A DNA stretch of 64,000 nucleotides from Deltaproteobacteria bacterium (lineage in GTDB: Bacteria; Myxococcota; JACPTQ01). The notes under the pieces are model-generated. The model had not been told where the DNA came from. It ran no database searches and worked only from the letters and a program-made list of their open reading frames with translations. Location: positions 6,611 through 70,610 of the forward strand of contig JACPTQ010000072.1 of assembly GCA_016192705.1 (NCBI GenBank), written 5' to 3'. Below, piece after piece: positions 40,234-49,178 of the stretch. Both the position numbers and the translations under genes were made by a program. The stretch's first letter is position 1; each line of letters opens with the position of its first letter.

Positions 40234-41162
40234 TGGGCGCGCGCCTCGCCTCGATCTCGGTCGACGTCGATTCGCTTCATCATTACCTGCGCATTCACGG
40301 AAACGCCACGGGGGAACCGGACCGAAAGGTGTGGCGTCTCGCCATGCCGCGCTTTCTCGATCTCTTTGATGAGCACGATGTGCGTGCGACGTTTTTTGTC
40401 GTGGGTGAAGAAGCGTCGTGGAACAGCGAGATGCTGCGCGTCCTCGCCAGCCTCGGACACGAAATCGCAAATCACAGCTTTCGCCACCTTTACGACCTGT
40501 GGCAACAGCCCGCCTTGGTTCAGCAGGATGAGATCGCACACGCCCATGACGCCATCGCAGCCGCCTGTGGCGTTGCGCCCGTTGGATTTCGCGCGCCGGG
40601 ATACAGCGTATCGGAATCGCTTCTCGACGCCGTGCGTGCCCTGGGCTACCGCTACGATTCGTCGGTTTTCCCAGCTGTGCCGTACTACCTCGCTAAAGCC
40701 GCGGTGATCGCGTCACAGCGCCTCCTTTCGCGCCCCGTTGGGTCGTCGCTCGGACCCGCGAAGGTTCTCGCCGCGCCGCGACACCCGTACTTTCCGGACC
40801 CGCACAACTGGCGACGCCGTGCGCGATCGGGCTCGTTCGTTGAATTGCCGATACCCGTTGTGCCGCCCTTAGCGTTTCCCTACATCGGCACCACGATCCT
40901 CACCACGCCGCGCCCTGTATTTCGCTGGCTAACGCGCGCCGTGTGCGCGCGATACGACTATGTCAACGTTGAGCTGCACGGGATTGAACTTCTCGATTTC
41001 GCGGCCGATTCCATCGATCCGCGGCTTCGCAAACAGCCAGATTTGCAAATCCCGTTCGTCGAAAAGCGAGAACGGCTCATCGAGCTCTTCTCGATCCTTC
41101 GCCGCGAGGGATTTGAGATCGTGCCCATTCGCGAAGCGGCATCCCGCGTCGCCATTGGATAA
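40233..41162 (+). CDS. Polysaccharide deacetylase family protein
   Basis: SVDVD, ATFFVVG, HEIANHSFRH, GFRAPGY, YDSS. Confidence 0.9.
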   Translation: MGARLASISVDVDSLHHYLRIHGNATGEPDRKVWRLAMPRFLDLFDEHDVRATFFVVGEEASWNSEMLRVLASLGHEIANHSFRHLYDLWQQPALVQQDEIAHAHDAIAAACGVAPVGFRAPGYSVSESLLDAVRALGYRYDSSVFPAVPYYLAKAAVIASQRLLSRPVGSSLGPAKVLAAPRHPYFPDPHNWRRRARSGSFVELPIPVVPPLAFPYIGTTILTTPRPVFRWLTRAVCARYDYVNVELHGIELLDFAADSIDPRLRKQPDLQIPFVEKRERLIELFSILRREGFEIVPIREAASRVAIG

Positions 41163-41199
41163 TCGCGCGGCCAGCCCTTACAGTATTTGGTAGAGAGGA

Positions 41200-41781
41200 A
41201 TGCAACCACAAAGACACACGGACACTGGGATTTTATGGAGGGGATTCTCTTTTGAGATCCACTTCCCTGTGCTTCAGCGCTCGCTGTCTCTGTGCCGCTT
41301 TGGTTGCATTTTCGTAGTCTTGTCTTGCGCCGTCCCAGCGCCGATCGACGGCCCGGCCGATGAGACGGCCGCATCGCCTCGCATCGTCTGGACAACCGTC
41401 GACCCGCCTGTCGGACTCGTGTCCATCAACCAGAGCGCGACATCGACCGAGTTTCGTATCATTCAAGTCGATGACCCGAACGTCGCCGACAAGTTGACCA
41501 TTCGATTCTTTGTCGACTACCACCGCGACACAACGATTCAACGCGAGTTCACGCTGCTCGCCGACCCCGGCTCGACGACCCCGACAATTCGCACGGGCGT
41601 GATTTTCAGTGCCCCGACCGCTCTCTTCGGGTCGAACCCCACCGCTTCGGCGCACCTCGTCGAGGCGATCGTAAGCGATCGCGGCTTTTCGGATACGGGG
41701 CAAACGACGAACATCAATCGGAACGTGCCGTCCGACGCACGCACCGATTACATCGCGTGGACCGTCCAGGTGGTCCCATGA
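41200..41781 (+). CDS. Putative lipoprotein (start uncertain)
   Basis: IFVVLS-C lipobox-like segment; beta-rich body with DPN..D.L..RFFVDY. Confidence 0.6.
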   Translation: MQPQRHTDTGILWRGFSFEIHFPVLQRSLSLCRFGCIFVVLSCAVPAPIDGPADETAASPRIVWTTVDPPVGLVSINQSATSTEFRIIQVDDPNVADKLTIRFFVDYHRDTTIQREFTLLADPGSTTPTIRTGVIFSAPTALFGSNPTASAHLVEAIVSDRGFSDTGQTTNINRNVPSDARTDYIAWTVQVVP

Positions 41782-43442
41782 TGCTGCGCGCAAAATCGTC
41801 GACCGCGCACCGGCCCTGGGCGACGCGCTTCTCTGGTCCGCGGTCTTCGGCGCGCCGTTTCGCGCTTGTCTTTATGATGCTCCCGCTCGCCCTTCTTGGC
41901 GCGTGCCTCCTACGCCTCACGTCACAGAAGTCGGCGTTTCGAATCCCGGAGTGCTCCTTTGCGTCGTCTTGCCCAAGTGGGTTCACCTGCACGAACGGCT
42001 ATTGCGTTTCCGCGGACACCGCAAACTCTCTCACCGTCGACGTTCAACTTTCGCCGGGCACATCAAGTGGTTTCTTGCGTCCGGTGCAGATGACCTCACA
42101 GAACTTGTCGCAATTAACCTCCGCGACTCTTCCGACCTTTGTGCTCGCGTCACCCGTGAACGTCACGGGTTCAGTTGCCGTTCCGGCCGACGCTTCGGTG
42201 TTGCCGACATCGATTGAAATCGTCGCCGAGCGGCCGGGCGCTATCGCCGGCACCATCGCTCGCTTCTCAACGTTCGCGCAAAAAACACCCGCTGCCGAAT
42301 GGACATACACGCTTGCGGTGTTACCCGGAACGTACGCATTCACCGTCACACCGAAAGACGCGCCGTCTCCGCCGGTGACCGTTCTGGATGCTTCGATAAC
42401 CGAATCGACGTCGCAAACCTTCACACTCACCGATCCAGCCGCGCTCATCGAAGTCCGGGGGCGCGTCGTCCAAGTGGGAAGCGAGGTTGCGACGGTCGGC
42501 GGGTTGACCGTGCAAATCATCGACGAAGCGGCGCAAATCCGATCGACAACCGCAACGACCGCCGCGGACGGGACGTTCACGGTTTGGATCGCGCCCGGCG
42601 CCACAGAGGCATTACTTCAGGTGCGCGGAACCGAAGCGAGCGGCCTTTACCCGGCGGTTGATGTCGATGCCGGAATCGTTGCCGCGGGATTCTCTGCGGG
42701 CGACGTGAGCTTGGGCGATCTGTCGGGCGGCCGCGTGTCGACAACGTTTCGCGTGCTTGCGTCGGATGGCGGCGCGGTGCCGAATGCGCGCGTTCGTTCG
42801 GTTGGAAGTATTGGGGCTGGCACTGTCACCGCGACAGGAACGACCGGATCGACCGGAGAATGGACCGTCGGTCTGTATCCCGGGAGTTACGTCGCCGAAG
42901 TTGCGCCACCCTCCGGCGCCGGCTCGGCATCGGCGCGAAGCAGCGTCTCCGTGAGCCCGTCTGGAAATACCGTCGTCGTGACACTTCCCGACAAGGTTCT
43001 AATCTCGTTGTCGGTCGCGTCTTCTGTGGGTGACCCCGTCGCTTATGCGCCGATCTCGCTCCGGCGCGTCGGCGAGCTCGATGCGTCGGCGGCCCCGTGG
43101 GTTATCGACGAGATCGCAGCGACAACAGACTCCAACGGGCGGGCGGCGGTCCTTGTCGATCCGGGTCGATTCGACGTGTCTGTGACGCCGGTGCCGTCCA
43201 CGCGTTTACCCGCGACGACGATAGAGGGAGCCTTCTTCTCGTCGGGAGGCGCGCTCCCGATCACGTTGCCGCGCGGTCTCACCGTCACCGGTCTTGTTAT
43301 CGGTCCCGACGCTTTTTATGTCGCCGACGTTCTCGTTGAGTTTTTTGCGTCGACGCCCGACGCGTCGGTCACGCCGCCCGTTCTTGCGTCGACCGTCTCG
43401 GCGTCGGATGGAACGTTTGTCGTCACGCTGCCAAATCCGTAG
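41778..43442 (+). CDS. Secreted/lipoprotein with tandem carboxypeptidase-regulatory-like (prealbumin fold) domains
   Basis: Hydrophobic leader with LLGAC, short Cys-rich motif, repeated T.T..DG.F...PG.Y units. Confidence 0.75.
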   Translation: MMLRAKSSTAHRPWATRFSGPRSSARRFALVFMMLPLALLGACLLRLTSQKSAFRIPECSFASSCPSGFTCTNGYCVSADTANSLTVDVQLSPGTSSGFLRPVQMTSQNLSQLTSATLPTFVLASPVNVTGSVAVPADASVLPTSIEIVAERPGAIAGTIARFSTFAQKTPAAEWTYTLAVLPGTYAFTVTPKDAPSPPVTVLDASITESTSQTFTLTDPAALIEVRGRVVQVGSEVATVGGLTVQIIDEAAQIRSTTATTAADGTFTVWIAPGATEALLQVRGTEASGLYPAVDVDAGIVAAGFSAGDVSLGDLSGGRVSTTFRVLASDGGAVPNARVRSVGSIGAGTVTATGTTGSTGEWTVGLYPGSYVAEVAPPSGAGSASARSSVSVSPSGNTVVVTLPDKVLISLSVASSVGDPVAYAPISLRRVGELDASAAPWVIDEIAATTDSNGRAAVLVDPGRFDVSVTPVPSTRLPATTIEGAFFSSGGALPITLPRGLTVTGLVIGPDAFYVADVLVEFFASTPDASVTPPVLASTVSASDGTFVVTLPNP

Positions 43443-43659
43443 CAGGGTGCGTAAAAACGCCCGCCGCGCGCTCCGGTTGGCTCCGCAGCTCCGCGCTCGC
43501 AGACCTTTTGGTCTGCTCGCTCTTCGGGCGTTTCGATGATCTTACGGAGAACCGAAAATCTCAGATGCGCCCTCAGAGTCGCTGCTGCACCAACCGTGCG
43601 CGCGGCGGGCGTTTCAGCCGCCCCCAGGGGCTTCAAAAGGGCATCTCCGCACCCTGCTA
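43440..43659. mobile_element. 220-bp palindromic MITE-like element
   Basis: Terminal IR TAGCAGGGTGCG/CGCACCCTGCTA; internal perfect 17-bp IR 43455-43471/43598-43614. Confidence 0.72.
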
Positions 43660-44130
43660 ACGGCGTAACGCGCGTCGAACGTTCCGCTCCGCCTCGCGCT
43701 TCGCGGTTGCTTCACGTTTATCGAACTGCTTTTTTCCCTTCGCCAAAAAGAACTCGACCTTCGCGCGGCCATCTTTGAAGTAGAGTGCTGTCGGAATAAG
43801 CGAGAAACCTTTTTCGGCGACATCGCGCGCCAGTCGATGCAGTTCTTGGCGATGCACCAAGATTTTTCGCGCGCGAAGCGGCGTGTGGTTGTTGTACGTC
43901 GCGTTCGGGTACTCGGCAATGTACGAGTTCACGAGAAAAAGTTCGCCACGTTCAATCGCCGCGTAAGAGTCGGTGAGGTTCGCCTTGCCATCGCGAAGCG
44001 ATTTCACTTCGCTCCCCGTGAGCACGAGCCCGCCCTCGTAGGCTTCGCTCAAGAAATAGTCGTGCCGCGCCTTGCGGTTCACGCAAACGATCTTCTCGCC
44101 CTGCTTTGACGGCGGTTCCTTAGCGCCCAC
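43657..44130 (-). CDS. smpB: SsrA-binding protein
   Basis: NRKARHDY, GLVLTGSEVKSLR, GKKQFDKR; start set at GTG 44130. Confidence 0.96.
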   Translation of the reverse strand: MGAKEPPSKQGEKIVCVNRKARHDYFLSEAYEGGLVLTGSEVKSLRDGKANLTDSYAAIERGELFLVNSYIAEYPNATYNNHTPLRARKILVHRQELHRLARDVAEKGFSLIPTALYFKDGRAKVEFFLAKGKKQFDKREATAKREAERNVRRALRR

Positions 44131-44181
44131 GGGGCGAGTCTGCCTGAACTGTGCGGTCTGCGTCCAGGGTTCGTGCGATTT

Positions 44182-44729
44182 CCTCGATCCCCGGATAAGC
44201 AGCCAGTTTTCTTCCTTACGTAGGGTCGGCAGGTGCCGCTTCGGCGCGCCGACGTCCTCGGGTCTGAACGGACTCGCGCGACAGAGCCGCTGTTCAGAGG
44301 TAAGCGAAAGCTCGGTGATCCCAGCCAATATTGCGCTGCAGACCCTGCGGAGGCGCGCCTATGCGAGCCTCTGCCGACCCCACGCAAATCCGGGCGGACC
44401 GCTTTCCGGAGACGCTTTTTCTGGGCTTGAGGGCGGTTCGAAGAGTTCACCCGCTGGGTATCAGCTGACGATCGATCGACTCCCAAGTCTCTGAACCGAG
44501 GGTTCTGGGAAACGGCTGGTTTCTGCTTGGGCGGGCGGGGATTGGGTGAGCGGCGGCTCGCGTCCGCAGGGGATGAGGTGCCGATGGGGCGTGGGATTGC
44601 CGTTCTCATGACGCTTGGTTCATTTCGTACAGACTCACATTTCATGTCAGACCCGAGGACTTCCGCGAGCCGGAGCGAGCCCAACCCCGACCGCCCCACT
44701 GAAGTCTTCTCCGTTATCCGGGGATCAGG
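44182..44729. mobile_element. Non-autonomous element copy 1 (548 bp)
   Basis: TIR CCTCGATCCCCGGATAA / TTATCCGGGGATCAGG; flanking 9-bp direct repeat GTGCGATTT at 44173-44181 and 44730-44738; paralog at 48656-49170. Confidence 0.85.
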
Positions 44730-44771
44730 GTGCGATTTGCGGCGTCGCGCGATCGCGCGTAACATCCGCAA

Positions 44772-46046
44772 ATGACTTCGATGCGAGCAAAACTGAGACC
44801 GGATGCGAATGCGAAAAACGTGCGAGGACTAATCCCGCTCGAGCGCGCCCCTGGACTGTTCGACGCGCTCGACGTGGATGCGTGGCTTTTGACCGATTTT
44901 CGCGCCCAAAATCCGATTGCGGCGAACGTCGTCTTGCCCCGGGGACACACGACGCGGCGCTATTTTGTGATCGTTCCGCGAACGAATGTCGCGAAGACAA
45001 AACTCCTGCTCCACCGGATCGAGGCCGATAACTTCACGAACATCGTGGGCGAGAAACGATTCTATGCCTCTCGCGCGGAGCAGGACGAAGGGCTCAAGTG
45101 GCTTCTCGCAGGCGTCCAGCGCGTTGCCATGGAGTATTCGCCCAAGGGCGCTCTCCCGTACGTTTCGCGCGTCGACGCGGGTACCGTCGATCGCGTGCGC
45201 GCGCTCGGCATTGACGTTGTCTCGTCCGAAATGTTGGTTCAGCGGCTCCTCTCGCGCTTGACGCCGGCCGGCATCGCGTCACACCGTCGCGCCGCGGCGG
45301 CTCTCCACGACATTCAGGAAGCGGCGTTCTCGCGCATTCGCCGCGACGTTCGCGCGCGACGGAAACTCACCGAGTGGACGCTCTCGAAATGGATGGCCGC
45401 GGGGCTTTCAGCGCGCGGGATGGTTTTTGACGCCGAACCGATCGTCGCGATCAACGGTAACGCTGGGAGGCCTCACTATTCACCCGACGCCACACACGAT
45501 GCTCCGATCGGCGTGGGCGATCTTGTGCTGCTCGACTTATGGGCCAAGGAGAAAACGCCGGGCGCGATCTACGCCGACATCACGTGGGTTGGCTTCGTTG
45601 GCGACCGCGTGCCAGCCCGCTACGCCCGCGCATTCGCCACGATCGCCGCAGCGCGCGACGCGGTTGTCGACCACTTGAGATTAAAAGCACGCCCCACGGG
45701 CGCCGAGCTCGATGGCGTCTGTCGCGGCGTCATTCGGCAAGCGGGGGAGGGCGCCGCGTTCATTCATCGCACGGGGCACAGCATCGACACCGACGTGCAC
45801 GGCTCGGGCGTTCACATCGACGGTTTCGAGACGCACGATTCGCGCGTGGTTGAGCCGGGCTCTCTCTTTTCGGTTGAGCCGGGCCTTTATTACGACGACT
45901 TTGGCGTACGCACCGAGATCGATGTCCTCATGACGGCGGGCGGCCCCGAGGTAACAACCGGCACACCGCAGCGCGAGATTGTTCCTTTGTTCGCCGAGCG
46001 ATCCGAGCAAAAGCGCGCTTCAAGAAAGGATGCCGCGCGCGCGTGA
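44772..46046 (+). CDS. M24 family Xaa-Pro aminopeptidase (start may be GTG ~44820)
   Basis: PHY, LLDLW, YADIT, FIHRTGHSI, SVEPGLY, GVRTEID. Confidence 0.9.
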   Translation: MTSMRAKLRPDANAKNVRGLIPLERAPGLFDALDVDAWLLTDFRAQNPIAANVVLPRGHTTRRYFVIVPRTNVAKTKLLLHRIEADNFTNIVGEKRFYASRAEQDEGLKWLLAGVQRVAMEYSPKGALPYVSRVDAGTVDRVRALGIDVVSSEMLVQRLLSRLTPAGIASHRRAAAALHDIQEAAFSRIRRDVRARRKLTEWTLSKWMAAGLSARGMVFDAEPIVAINGNAGRPHYSPDATHDAPIGVGDLVLLDLWAKEKTPGAIYADITWVGFVGDRVPARYARAFATIAAARDAVVDHLRLKARPTGAELDGVCRGVIRQAGEGAAFIHRTGHSIDTDVHGSGVHIDGFETHDSRVVEPGSLFSVEPGLYYDDFGVRTEIDVLMTAGGPEVTTGTPQREIVPLFAERSEQKRASRKDAARA

Positions 46047-46930
46047 AGCTCCCGATTCCGTGGGGGCGACTCTCGCGGCGGAATGCGCGGCAACTCGTCG
46101 CCTTCCTCATTCTCGTTGGTGTCGTGCTCTATGTGCGCTCGCTGCTTGAAGCGGACGAAAAAATTCAGTCGTGGGAACAGCCGCTCGATGTGGCGGTCAT
46201 TCAACTCACGCCGGACGAGACGCCGATTCCAGATGAGTTCACGCGCACATTTTTTGCGCCGTCAAGCTACCCGGCCGATCGCGGGACGTCACTCCACGCG
46301 ATTCCGCGCTGGCTGCGGGACGAATCGGTTCGCCTCACCGGACGCGATCGAACCCTCATTCGCTTTCACCTTTTTGGGCCGACGGTCTTTCGCGAACCAC
46401 CACCAAAGCCGAGCGACAGTTTTTTCGGGCGCATCGTCGCCGGCTTTTCGTTTCGCTCCTACTTAAAGCGCGTCGCGACGGCGGCTTCGGTCGATCTTTC
46501 AAAGTTTCTCGTGAAGCTTGTTCTCGTCTACTACTCACCCGGAAAACCCGTCGACAAACATTCCGACTCGTACGGGTCGTTTCGTGACCACGCGGGGCTT
46601 GTCTACGTGCCAACGGCGATCGCCGACATCCCTTACAACGTCGCCGAAATCACGCACGAGCTGATGCACACGTTTGGCGCGAAGGACAAATACGACGGCC
46701 GCGCGACGGTTTTCCCGGGCGGATACGCGGAGCCATTTAAGGCGCCGCTTCTTCCTCAACGCTTCGCCGAGGTGATGGCCGGTGAGATTCCGCTTGCGCC
46801 GAATCGGTTGCGCCCGGTGCGCGGACTCGACGAGCTTCGCGTGGGGCACGAGACGGCGCTTGAGATCGGTTGGCTCGATGATGAGACGGTGCGTCGGTAT
46901 TACAAGGGGGGGCGACGAACCCGCGAATAG
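46043..46930 (+). CDS. Membrane-anchored putative zinc metalloprotein
   Basis: N-terminal TM; HELMHTFGAKDKY HExxH motif. Confidence 0.7.
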   Translation: MKLPIPWGRLSRRNARQLVAFLILVGVVLYVRSLLEADEKIQSWEQPLDVAVIQLTPDETPIPDEFTRTFFAPSSYPADRGTSLHAIPRWLRDESVRLTGRDRTLIRFHLFGPTVFREPPPKPSDSFFGRIVAGFSFRSYLKRVATAASVDLSKFLVKLVLVYYSPGKPVDKHSDSYGSFRDHAGLVYVPTAIADIPYNVAEITHELMHTFGAKDKYDGRATVFPGGYAEPFKAPLLPQRFAEVMAGEIPLAPNRLRPVRGLDELRVGHETALEIGWLDDETVRRYYKGGRRTRE

Positions 46931-46946
46931 CTGCCGCGCAAACGTT

Positions 46947-47570
46947 TCACCGCGCAGGATTCAGGAGGCATTGCCGCAACGAGGTCGTCTCGGTAAATCC
47001 GCAGCGTCCATCCGCCTGTTCTTTGCATTCAGCGGTTTGGTAACATGCATACTGTGGTTTCCAATCGCACAACCTCGACACAATTTCCTTGCCACAGTTT
47101 TCGCTGAAGCAACCGGCCTTGAGGCACTTGCCCGGCCGGGCCGGCTTCTTGACATACCACCATCGCGCAAAGCTTGGCGAAAGGCCGCCCTCGCCGATCG
47201 TCATTCGTCCGCCGTTCGGGCTCTTCGGGTGCTCCCGAAAGTTGAGACTGAAGTGCTCGAGCCAATTGCTCTCCTTCGACGTCGGGTAAAAAGTGCCGTT
47301 GGGAATTGGACAGGGCGAAGAGTTGCATCGCAAAATCCGTTTCATTCTCTTGAAGTGAACGAGGATTTTTCCCGCGGTCTTCATTTTTATGTCGTAAACC
47401 TCGGAATACCCCGGATCTTGGATCTTTTCGAAGCAGACTTCGGCGGGCTCGGCTTCGACGGCCGTCGTCGTTTCTGCGGCGATCCAATAGCATTCCTGGC
47501 GTCCATAAGCGTTTCCAGTGAGTGCAACGAGTAATCCGATAGCAATGACAGCACCTTGGCGCATCTTCAT
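46947..47570 (-). CDS. Secreted protein with a C-terminal eight-cysteine-cluster-like domain
   Basis: Signal peptide; C..AGCFSENC...CDWKPQYACY...C...DGRCGF. Confidence 0.75.
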   Translation of the reverse strand: MKMRQGAVIAIGLLVALTGNAYGRQECYWIAAETTTAVEAEPAEVCFEKIQDPGYSEVYDIKMKTAGKILVHFKRMKRILRCNSSPCPIPNGTFYPTSKESNWLEHFSLNFREHPKSPNGGRMTIGEGGLSPSFARWWYVKKPARPGKCLKAGCFSENCGKEIVSRLCDWKPQYACYQTAECKEQADGRCGFTETTSLRQCLLNPAR

Positions 47571-47618
47571 CCTCCCTTTCTGAGTCGCCTCCGAAAAACC
47601 GACTTTCCCAGCAGCCCG

Positions 47619-47647
47619 TTAGACGCGCAAGCTCGTTCGTTTATTCA
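47619..47647 (-). promoter_or_regulatory. ECF-sigma-like promoter TGAATA-N16-CGTCTAA
   Basis: Exact motif ~50 bp upstream of the 47570 start. Confidence 0.75.
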
Positions 47648-47968
47648 TCGTAGGTCGATACCCGCGAGGTCTTTGGTGAGCGTGCGCAGGTAAGCGAAAA
47701 GCTCAATGCCGCGCCCGCGGTCGTCGAACCACCGCCCGGACGGCTCGTCGTAGTTAAAGTGGATCGCCGTGTCGCGCGCGGCGAGCCAGATTTGCCGCAC
47801 GGGGCGCTGCGTGTTGATGATGCATCGGACGCCCTTCGGGTATTGGATGGTAACGACGTCCCCGGCGTTCGTCACTTCGGCGAGGTCGGGGTCGACGTCC
47901 TCGAAGCGTGCGTCGATCTCTTTCCAGGCGCTATCAACAAGCGATAAATATCGGCTTTCATCTAACAT
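47645..47968 (-). CDS. cyaY: Frataxin-like iron donor
   Basis: GDVVTI, IINTQRPVRQIWLAA, HF.YD...W. Confidence 0.9.
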   Translation of the reverse strand: MLDESRYLSLVDSAWKEIDARFEDVDPDLAEVTNAGDVVTIQYPKGVRCIINTQRPVRQIWLAARDTAIHFNYDEPSGRWFDDRGRGIELFAYLRTLTKDLAGIDLR

Positions 47969-48030
47969 ACGTCTCTCCTTGCGCTACCAAAGCCCAACCT
48001 GTACATACCACTCTTATGAAGGGGGCCGCG

Positions 48031-48654
48031 ATGTCGATCAAGCACGTTATCTTTTTCTTGATAGCAAGTTCGTGGGTCAGTGCTGGTTGTAAGTCCGAAG
48101 ATTCTCGCCCCGCGTCCGACTGTTTTGGTTACACCGCGCCGCCCGGCTGGAAACCAACGAGCAAGAGCTCGGGCACCGACGGAAAACAGATCATTATTTT
48201 TGGCGAAAAGATTTATTCCTTAGGGGCGCAAAGAAACCAAGACAACTTTCTTGTTCGCTTCATTCCGTCGGGCGGATTGTCATTGCCGGGTTACAAGGAC
48301 TTCATCTTGAAGGCACTCGGCAGCGCCGACAAGATGAAAGAGACGATGAAAACGGCCGAGAAGATGCGGGCCAACGTCGGCCAATTCAAGAGTTTCGTTG
48401 ACGCGACAACAGAAATAAAAGCGCCGGTCGTCACCGACCACAAGGTGAGTGGGCGCGATGCTTATCACATCTCGTCGGAAACAGCGCTCGCCGTGGGCGA
48501 GAAACCGGTTCGCCTCATCACACGGTCGGTGCTGACGAAGTGGGGAAGCGAGTTCATCATCGCCTCGGCCGGCTACCCCGATTTTCGCGACGCCGACTTG
48601 CGCTCGCTCGCGGACGCGTTCCTTGCGTCGGTTAATTTCGATAAGTGTAAGTAG
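48031..48654 (+). CDS. Putative lipoprotein, function unknown
   Basis: MSIKHVIFFLIASSWVSAG-C lipobox; AAGGGGG upstream. Confidence 0.72.
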   Translation: MSIKHVIFFLIASSWVSAGCKSEDSRPASDCFGYTAPPGWKPTSKSSGTDGKQIIIFGEKIYSLGAQRNQDNFLVRFIPSGGLSLPGYKDFILKALGSADKMKETMKTAEKMRANVGQFKSFVDATTEIKAPVVTDHKVSGRDAYHISSETALAVGEKPVRLITRSVLTKWGSEFIIASAGYPDFRDADLRSLADAFLASVNFDKCK

Positions 48655-48655
48655 T

Positions 48656-49170
48656 CCTCGATCCCGGGATAAGCGGCCAGTTCGCTTCTGTGCGTAGGGT
48701 CGGCAGGAGCCGCTTCGGCGCGCCGACGTCCTCGGGTCTGAACTGACTCGTGCGACAGAGCCGCTGATTAGAGGCAAGCGAAGGCTCGGTGATCCCAGCC
48801 AATATCGCGCTGCAGACCCTGCGGAGGCGCGCCTTTGCGGGCCCCTGCCGACCCTACGCAATTCCGGGCATACCGCTTTCCCGGGGACATTTTTCTAAGG
48901 CTTGAGGGCGGCACGAGGAGCTCACCCGCTGGGTGTCGGCTGATGATCGATCGACCCCCAAGTCCCTTAGCCGCCGTTTCAGGAAAACGGCCGGGTTCTG
49001 GTATCCGCAGGGGATGAGGTGCCGATGGGGCGTGGGATTGCCGTTCTCATGATGTTTGATTCGTTTCGGACAGACTCACATTTCATGTCAGACCCGAGGA
49101 CTTTTGCGAGCCGAAGCAAGCCCAACTCCGACCGCCCCACGCTGGTCTTGGCCGTTAATCTGGAATCAGT
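48656..49170. mobile_element. Non-autonomous element copy 2 (515 bp)
   Basis: Aligns end to end with 44182-44729; flanks GTAAGTAGT (48647-48655) and GTAAGTAAT (49171-49179). Confidence 0.85.
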
Positions 49171-49178
49171 GTAAGTAA

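Noticed and set aside
44131..44328. N-terminal extension of SmpB in the ORF track
   Set aside because: It runs into the mobile element; SmpB similarity begins near 44130.
43440..44729. tmRNA or RNase P RNA next to smpB
   Set aside because: No tRNA-like GGGG.../...CCACCA ends and no RNase P GAGGAAAGUCC core; both structured regions have TIR or TSD features instead.
48979..49087. Short ORF MKCESVRNE... shared by both element copies
   Set aside because: Lengths differ between copies and there is no transposase motif; conservation is explained by the repeat itself.
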